DNA of 64,000 nt from an uncultured Armatimonadetes bacterium (GTDB lineage: Bacteria > Armatimonadota > UBA5829 > DTJY01), in assembly GCA_963717145.1 (NCBI GenBank), contig OY970325.1, positions 1,472,001 to 1,536,000 on the forward strand, read 5' to 3'. The translations under genes were made by a program, and so were the position numbers. Shown in pieces: positions 57,638-64,000 of the stretch. The notes under the pieces were generated by a model, which saw nothing but the letters and a program-made list of their open reading frames with translations, was not told where the DNA came from and made no database searches. How positions within the stretch are numbered: position 1 is the stretch's first letter; every line of letters starts with the position of its first letter.

Positions 57638-58393
57638 ATGAGGAAGTCCCTTGCCATTACAGCAGGAATCGTGTTGCTGCTCGGCCTGCAGTGCGCGAGT
57701 TTCGCAGATGCCCCTAACCCAGCCGTAAAATGGTCTCAGTTGCCGGACATGGGCAATGGACACCAGTTCTCCAGCGAGGTCAAGGTCCCGTCCACGGTAG
57801 CGGATGACTGGACTTGCCCGGACGGCAGGCCGATCACAGACATCCACTGGTGGGGCGGCTACTGGACACCTGTCGCCGACGGGCAGTATTCCCATTACAC
57901 CGACGGCCTATCGGCGGCGCTCACTCCCGGGTCGCTGCAGACATTTACGATCAACATATGGAGCGATGCCCCCGCAGGCGGCTCCCAGCCGTTCAGCAGA
58001 CCAGGGAGCATTCTCGAAACATACGTTTTCAACCTGGCCGATGTCCATGAGGTTCTCTACAACACTACAACATCGGGAAGGACGGTCTATCAGTACTACG
58101 TGGACCTGCCGGAGCACTTCGAGCAGGTGCAGGGGACGACCTACTGGCTGTCCATCCGTGCGGATCTGCCTCCCACGTCCGTGCAATGGGGATGGCACGA
58201 ATCGAACGACCATCGCGTGAGCCCCGCAGTCGAGGATTTCAAGGGCTCCGGATGGGTTCAGCTACAGAATAATCAATACGACAACGACATGGCGTTTGAA
58301 TTGACAACGATCCCCGAGCCGGGCGGACTCAGTGTCCTCTGCACCGGTGTTGTGAGCCTGGCAGCCTTCCTCTACAGACGGCGCAGAGTGTAG
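57638..58393 (+). CDS. PEP-CTERM sorting-domain protein
   Basis: Signal peptide; ADDW..ITDIHWWG..DMAFEL; IPEPGGLSVLCTGVVSLAAFLYRRRRV. Confidence 0.9.
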   Translation: MRKSLAITAGIVLLLGLQCASFADAPNPAVKWSQLPDMGNGHQFSSEVKVPSTVADDWTCPDGRPITDIHWWGGYWTPVADGQYSHYTDGLSAALTPGSLQTFTINIWSDAPAGGSQPFSRPGSILETYVFNLADVHEVLYNTTTSGRTVYQYYVDLPEHFEQVQGTTYWLSIRADLPPTSVQWGWHESNDHRVSPAVEDFKGSGWVQLQNNQYDNDMAFELTTIPEPGGLSVLCTGVVSLAAFLYRRRRV

Positions 58394-58422
58394 AATCAGG
58401 CAGAGATACGCATCAGATATAC

Positions 58423-58453
58423 GACAGCCGCTCCCGTTGGGGCGGCTGTCTTT
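58423..58453 (+). terminator. Intrinsic terminator
   Basis: GACAGCCGC...GCGGCTGTC-TTT. Confidence 0.7.
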
Positions 58454-58484
58454 GCGCTAGACCTCCACAGCACGCCCCATCTCC

Positions 58485-58513
58485 TTGACTTTTGGCCTCC
58501 ACTGCTCTACAAT
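58485..58513 (+). promoter_or_regulatory. Sigma70-type promoter of TPR gene
   Basis: TTGACT-N17-TACAAT. Confidence 0.7.
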
Positions 58514-58573
58514 TTGTCTCGGATCACGTGGCTTATTCCCAGCCCGGATGCTGGTTACAGGAGTTTCTACATA

Positions 58574-61258
58574 ATGCGAATCAAACATCTTTTACTCATC
58601 ACACTTTGTGCTCTTCTAGTCGGTACATCCGCTGCCTATCCGAGCATCGCGGATGTCATGAAAGGCAAACAGCCTCAACAGACGAAGCCCGCTCCCGCCA
58701 AGCAGGCGGCTCCTCCGGGACAAGCCGAGCTTATCAAGGCCATCGAGTTCATGAAGGCCAACAAGCCGAAGGAAGCCATAGCCCAACTCAAGATCGTCAT
58801 CCAGAAGGATCCCAAGAACATTGCGGCTCTCGCGAATCTCGCTCAGCTCAGCGCGCGGACAGGTGATTCGAAGGCCGCGCTCGGCTACATACAGACCGCG
58901 ATCAAGCTGCAGCCCAAGGACGCCCAGTTGCGCCTGATGGCCGCCGGAATCTACATGCAGTTGAAGCAGCCCGAGCAGGCCAGGCAGAGTCTCAAGCAAG
59001 CCGTCTCGCTGAACCCCAAGTTGACGCAGGCGCACCTGCAACTCGGCATGATGTATGCATCCGAGAAAAAGTATGCTGCCGCAGAGACCGAGTTCCTCGC
59101 GGTCGTCAAGTATACTCCGAACGATGCCCAGGGTTGGTACAACGTGGGCTCCGTCCGCGTGAGCCAGAACAAGTTCAAGGAAGCGATCCCTGCCTTTCAG
59201 AAGGCCTCCAAGCTCACCCCGAAGGAAGCGCACACGTACTTCGCCATCGGATCGTGCTATGTCCAGTTGAAGGACAACAAGAGCGCCGCCACCTACTTCA
59301 AGAAGGCGGCCGATCTGGACACCAAGAACCCCCAGTACATCATGGCGGTTGGAGTGGCTCATCAAGAGTCCGGCGAGTACGAGAAAGCTCTGACCGCCTA
59401 CGCCATGGCAGCACAGCTTTCGCCGAAGAACGTGGGCATTTATCTGAACTCCGGGCAGTGCTTCTTCATGATCCAGAACTACGCCGCGGCCGAGAAGAAG
59501 TTTGGCGAGGCACTTGCCATCGATCCCAAGAATACGCAGGCAATGGTGAACGTCGCTGTCGCCAAGACCTATCTCCAGAAGTACGACGAGGCCGAGACCT
59601 GGTACAAGAAGACACTCACGTTCGAGCCGAAGAACAAGACTGCCGCAAACGGTCTGGCCTACCTCTATGAGCAGCAGGGCAAGAAGGACGAAGCCATCGC
59701 GCTCTACCAGAAGATGCTCGCGGAGGATCCGAAGGACATGCAGGCTCGCACCCGCCTGGCGATGGCATACCAGGGGCAGAATAAGACCGACATGGCCATC
59801 CAGACTTACCGCGACCTCATCAACATCGATCCGAAGAACATCCAGGCGCGCGCAGCCATTTTCGAGATGCTGAGGAAAGACCAGAAGTACGACGACGCTG
59901 CCAAAGAGATCCAGCAGATGCTGGATATCAACCCCAAGAACACCGACACACTCGCCAGCGCCGCCCTGCTCGCCCAGGAGATGGATGACTACGAGAAGGC
60001 GATAGGATACTACAACCAGATCAAACAGATCAACCCCAAGGACGAGTCGCCATATCTCTCGATCGCACAACTGAACGAGACTTCCAAGAAGGATCCCGAA
60101 GCGATCAAGGAGTACGAGGCTCTCATCAAGGTCAACCCTAAGAGCGGCGCGGCATATTCCGGCATTGCAGCCATCTACGAGCGCCAGAACAAGACCGCGG
60201 AGGCCCTCGCGAAGTACAAAGAGCTACAGAAGGTAGCACCGGATCAGGTCCAGCACCTCACCAACATTGGCCGCCTGCTCGAGAAATTGGACCAGAAGGG
60301 CCAGGCGCTCATCGAGTACCGCAAGCTGGTTGCCGCGAATCCCAAGAGCATCGCCGCGAGGTACGCACTTGCCGGTGGGCTCGTCAGGATGGAGAGGAAG
60401 GATGAGGCCGTCAAGGAATACGAGACCGTCCTCAAGCAGAAGCCCGGCGATTTCACCTCCATCAACGCAATCGCGGACATCTACGCAGATACAGAGAAGT
60501 ACGACCTGGCGATCGAGCAGTACAAGCAACTGCTAGCCATCAGCCCGAACTACAGCCCCGTCCTCGACAAGGTGATGACCATGTACGAGAAGCTCAATAA
60601 GCAGTCCGAGGGCATGGACTACCTGAAGACCCTGATAGAAAAGGACACGAGCAACGGCGCGGCCATGGCGGCGCTCGGAAAGGCATACAATACGGCGGGC
60701 AAGAACGATGACGCGATCGCATACTTCAAGGGCCTCGCCGATAAGAATCCCGATCTTCTCCCGGCCAGGCACGCGCTCGTCACCGCCTATACGAATGCCG
60801 GCAAGAAGGACGAGGCTATCGCGTTTTACAGAGGGTTGCTTGAGAAGAAGCCGGATGATGGCGCAACCAAACGGGCTTTGGCCCAGTATCTCGAGGGCGC
60901 TGAGCGTTACGACGATGCGCTCGCCGAGTATGAAGCCCTGCTCAAGACGACACCCGATGACTCGTTCCTGAGTTACCGAATCGCGCAGATCTACGAGAAG
61001 CAAGGTAAGAAGGACTTAGCCATCGAGATATACAAGAAGCTGGTGGAAAAGAACCCGGACAGCGAGTTCTTCAAGACCCAGCTCGACAAGTTGCAGGCGC
61101 CGCCTCCTGCTCCGGAAGGCACTCCCGGGGCGGAGACCAAACCGGCCGAGACGCCGGGGACTGACGCCAAACCTGCTGAGACTCCGGCAGCCGAGACCAA
61201 GCCCGCCGAAGCTGCCGGCGCGACAACACCAACGGCCCCGGTGGAAGGTACGAAGTAG
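58574..61258 (+). CDS. Secreted multi-TPR protein with Pro/Ala/Thr/Glu-rich repetitive tail
   Basis: Signal peptide, about 20 34-aa repeats ending DPKN/NPK; tail ETKPAETP repeats. Confidence 0.88.
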   Translation: MRIKHLLLITLCALLVGTSAAYPSIADVMKGKQPQQTKPAPAKQAAPPGQAELIKAIEFMKANKPKEAIAQLKIVIQKDPKNIAALANLAQLSARTGDSKAALGYIQTAIKLQPKDAQLRLMAAGIYMQLKQPEQARQSLKQAVSLNPKLTQAHLQLGMMYASEKKYAAAETEFLAVVKYTPNDAQGWYNVGSVRVSQNKFKEAIPAFQKASKLTPKEAHTYFAIGSCYVQLKDNKSAATYFKKAADLDTKNPQYIMAVGVAHQESGEYEKALTAYAMAAQLSPKNVGIYLNSGQCFFMIQNYAAAEKKFGEALAIDPKNTQAMVNVAVAKTYLQKYDEAETWYKKTLTFEPKNKTAANGLAYLYEQQGKKDEAIALYQKMLAEDPKDMQARTRLAMAYQGQNKTDMAIQTYRDLINIDPKNIQARAAIFEMLRKDQKYDDAAKEIQQMLDINPKNTDTLASAALLAQEMDDYEKAIGYYNQIKQINPKDESPYLSIAQLNETSKKDPEAIKEYEALIKVNPKSGAAYSGIAAIYERQNKTAEALAKYKELQKVAPDQVQHLTNIGRLLEKLDQKGQALIEYRKLVAANPKSIAARYALAGGLVRMERKDEAVKEYETVLKQKPGDFTSINAIADIYADTEKYDLAIEQYKQLLAISPNYSPVLDKVMTMYEKLNKQSEGMDYLKTLIEKDTSNGAAMAALGKAYNTAGKNDDAIAYFKGLADKNPDLLPARHALVTAYTNAGKKDEAIAFYRGLLEKKPDDGATKRALAQYLEGAERYDDALAEYEALLKTTPDDSFLSYRIAQIYEKQGKKDLAIEIYKKLVEKNPDSEFFKTQLDKLQAPPPAPEGTPGAETKPAETPGTDAKPAETPAAETKPAEAAGATTPTAPVEGTK

Positions 61259-61349
61259 GGGAGGCCTTCTACGGCCTCCCGTTCGGCGGGCGACCGTGGA
61301 AGGATCGCCCCTACGGATAGGCGGGTGACCGTAGAAGGATCACCCCTAC
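61255..61349. repeat. GTAG-type REP cluster overlapping the TPR stop codon
   Basis: GTAGGGGAGGCCTTCTACGGCCTCCC plus two GAAGGATC(G/A)CCCCTAC units. Confidence 0.8.
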
Positions 61350-61426
61350 GGGTTTCGGGCGGACGTTTCGCTGATCCCCTGGCGCATCCTGTCGTCGGGG
61401 CATGAGACATGTGAGGAGGCAATCAT

Positions 61427-62362
61427 TTGAGAACCAGATCGTTCCGCATCATGATCGCTGTGGCCGCGATCGGCATCATGCTGGCCGCCACATCCTGCAC
61501 TAAGCAGACCACCGGCAAGAAACAACTCACCGTTGGCGTCACGCTCCTCACGAAGAGCCACCCATTCTACCAGGAACTCGAAGCCGCGATGCAGAAGACC
61601 GCCGCCAAGGAGGGACTCAAGCTCAATATCCAGTCAGCCGAGTTCAAGATGGACGAGCAGCAGGCGCAGATCGAGAACTTCATCACCCAGCAGGTCGATG
61701 CCATCGTCGTCTGCCCGGTTGACTCGAAGACCATCGGCGGGGCGATCCAGCGCGCGAACGACGCCAAGATTCCCGTTTTCACCGCCGACATATCAGCAAA
61801 CGAGGGCAAAGTCGTTTGTCACATCGCATCCGACAACGTGGCAGGCGGACGCATCGCCGGGGAATACATGGCGAAACTGCTGAAGGGCAAGGGTAAGATC
61901 ATCATCATCGACCACCCCAAGGTCATGAGCGTTACTGACCGGACCAGGGGCTTCGAAGAGGCAGTCTCCAAGTTCCCCGGCATCAAGATCGTGGCGCGAC
62001 CACCGGGTGACGGCGAGCGCACGACATCCATGAACGTGATGGAGGACATGCTTCAGTCGCACCCGGACATCAGCGGCGTGTTCGCGATCAATGATGTCAC
62101 GGCTCTCGGGGCTCTGGCGGCTCTCAGGCAGGCGAAACGGAATGACATCGTCATCGTCGGCTACGATGGCGCCCCCGAGGCCCGAGAGGAGATCCTCAAG
62201 GGAAGCCCGCTCAAGGCCGACGCGGTCCAGTATCCGACCAAGATCGGATCGACCACGATAGAGATGGTGGCAAAGCACCTCAGAGGCGAGACGGTCCCGG
62301 CGAAGGTCCCGGTCGAGGTTGGCGTGATCGACAAGGCGAAACTCGAGGCGGAGAAGGAATAG
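61427..62362 (+). CDS. Sugar ABC transporter substrate-binding lipoprotein (RbsB-like)
   Basis: Lipobox-like ATSC, HPFY, IASDN, FAIND, VGYDG. Confidence 0.9.
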   Translation: MRTRSFRIMIAVAAIGIMLAATSCTKQTTGKKQLTVGVTLLTKSHPFYQELEAAMQKTAAKEGLKLNIQSAEFKMDEQQAQIENFITQQVDAIVVCPVDSKTIGGAIQRANDAKIPVFTADISANEGKVVCHIASDNVAGGRIAGEYMAKLLKGKGKIIIIDHPKVMSVTDRTRGFEEAVSKFPGIKIVARPPGDGERTTSMNVMEDMLQSHPDISGVFAINDVTALGALAALRQAKRNDIVIVGYDGAPEAREEILKGSPLKADAVQYPTKIGSTTIEMVAKHLRGETVPAKVPVEVGVIDKAKLEAEKE

Positions 62363-62374
62363 GTTCGGGAGCGG

Positions 62375-62470
62375 GTAGGAGGGATTTGCCGGGATGATTG
62401 TGCCCGGTAATCCCGATGGCGAGCGGTATCGGGATTACCGGGCACAATCATCCCGGCAAATCCCTCCTAC
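62375..62470. repeat. Long near-perfect GTAG-bounded palindrome
   Basis: GTAGGAGGGATTTGCCGGGATGATTGTGCCCGGTAATCCCGAT and its reverse complement. Confidence 0.85.
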
Positions 62471-62486
62471 ATGCGAAAGAGAAACC

Positions 62487-63994
62487 ATGGAGAACAGGAA
62501 CGGCACTCCTGCCCTACAGATGAAGGGCATCACTAAGACATATCCCGGCGTGCGGGCGCTCGATAACGTCGACTTCGACGTGCGCAAGGGTGAGGTTCAC
62601 GCGCTCGTCGGCGAGAACGGCGCGGGCAAGTCCACGCTGATGAAGATCCTCGCCGGCGCGCAACCTAAGGACTGCGGCGAGATCCTCATCGACGGCGCTC
62701 CCGTTCACATCACGACGCCCCAGAAGGCGATGGACCTCGGCATCAGCATCATCTACCAGGAGTTCAACCTCGTCCCGTACCTGAACGCCGCGGAGAACAT
62801 CTTCCTCGGCCGCGAGCCCAAGGCGTCCATGCCCGGCTTCGTCGACTTCGGGACGATGTACTCCGAGGCGCAGACGGTCATCGACCAGCTCGGCGTGAAG
62901 CTCGACGTGCGGACGCCGGTCAACCGCCTCTCGGTCGCTCAGCAGCAGATGGTCGAGATCGCCAAGGCGACCTCCCGCAACGCCTCCATCATCGCGATGG
63001 ACGAGCCGTCCGCCACGCTCACCGAGCACGAGCTGGAGAGCCTCTTCGAGCTGATCCGCTCGCTCAAGGCGAAGGGCGTCAGCATCATCTACATCTCGCA
63101 CCGGCTGGAGGAGATATTCGAGATCGCCGACCGCGTGACCGTCCTGCGCGACGGGCAGCTTCGTCGGCACGAAGGACGTCGCCGACCTCGGCCGCGATGA
63201 CATGATCCACATGATGGTCGGCCGCGAGCTGAAGGAGAAGATCCCGAAGCAGGCCGCCGAGATCGGCGAGCCGATGCTCACGGTCAGGGGACTGAACCGC
63301 AAGGGCGCCCTCGAAAACATCAACCTGGAGGTCCGCAAGGGCGAGGTGCTCGGCCTCGCGGGACTCGTCGGCGCAGGACGGACCGAACTCGCGCGGGCGA
63401 TCTTCGGCGCTGACCCGATCGACTCGGGCGAGGTCACCTTGAACGGCAAGCCGGTCCACGTCCGCTCGCCCAAGGACGCGATCAAGCTCGGGATCGGCCT
63501 CGTGACGGAGGATCGGAAGGCGCTCGGCCTGATCCTCGGCATGGCCGTGCGCGAGAACATCACACTGGCGAACCTGGACGCCGTCACGAAGCTCGGCTTC
63601 GTGAACCAGCGCGAGGAGAAGCGCGCGGCGATGAAGTACATCGAGGACCTGATGATCAAGACGCCCTCGAGTCGAGCAGCCGGTCCAGAACCTGAGCGGC
63701 GGAAACCAGCAGAAGGTCGTCCTCGCGAAGTGGCTCTTCACGCAATCGAGAGTCCTGATCTTCGACGAGCCGACGCGCGGCATCGACGTCGGCGCGAAGG
63801 TCGAGATCTACCAGCTCATGAACCGGCTGGCCGCAACCGGCGCCGCAATCATCATGATCTCCTCCGAACTGCCGGAGGTCCTCGGGATGAGCGACCGCAT
63901 CCTGGTGATGCACGAGGGCCGAATCGCCGGCGAGCTTTCCCGGGAAGAGGCAACCCAGGAGAAGATCATGTAGCTTGCCACCGGGGGAGAGTAA
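62487..63994 (+). CDS. Sugar ABC transporter ATP-binding protein (RbsA-like), with frameshifts near 63160 and 63670 and an in-frame TAG at 63971
   Basis: [19 protein letters not shown]; later frames [30 protein letters not shown]. Confidence 0.88.
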
Positions 63995-64000
63995 CCGGTG

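Noticed and set aside
63155-63994. Frameshifts and in-frame TAG in the ABC ATPase as recoding or stop-codon reassignment
   Set aside because: TAG is a normal stop for many genes here and the errors cluster at the window end; low-quality sequence is the simpler explanation.

Overview
GC-rich bacterial chromosomal segment. PEP-CTERM proteins, STN-like secreted paralogs and many sugar-related genes are compatible with a lineage such as Armatimonadota, but this is inference only. It carries polA, sppA, tRNA-Leu(CAA), panD, a two-component pair, a 2-oxoacid dehydrogenase E2, Gfo/Idh/MocA oxidoreductases, metal transporters (ZIP, P1B-ATPase), a comEA-comEC operon, htrA, a TPR protein and a sugar ABC transporter. 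Two complete IS elements are inserted 2 bp apart at 15.6-18.4 kb, and several families of intergenic palindromic repeats are present. The best candidate for an undescribed system is a radical SAM/SPASM enzyme followed by three membrane proteins that share a TM-[Cys-Tyr]-SHOCT-like C-terminal module, two of them with GspG/pseudopilin-like domains (8.3-11.3 kb). Other candidates are a sigma54-driven ~110-nt sRNA (51.0-51.2 kb), a leader-peptide attenuator (25.0-25.2 kb), a shared ECF-type promoter around htrA and a three-paralog array, and a decayed ~210-bp tandem repeat that reiterates a sialidase 3' end. Several single-base insertions (polA, second deacetylase paralog, ABC ATPase) look like sequencing errors.
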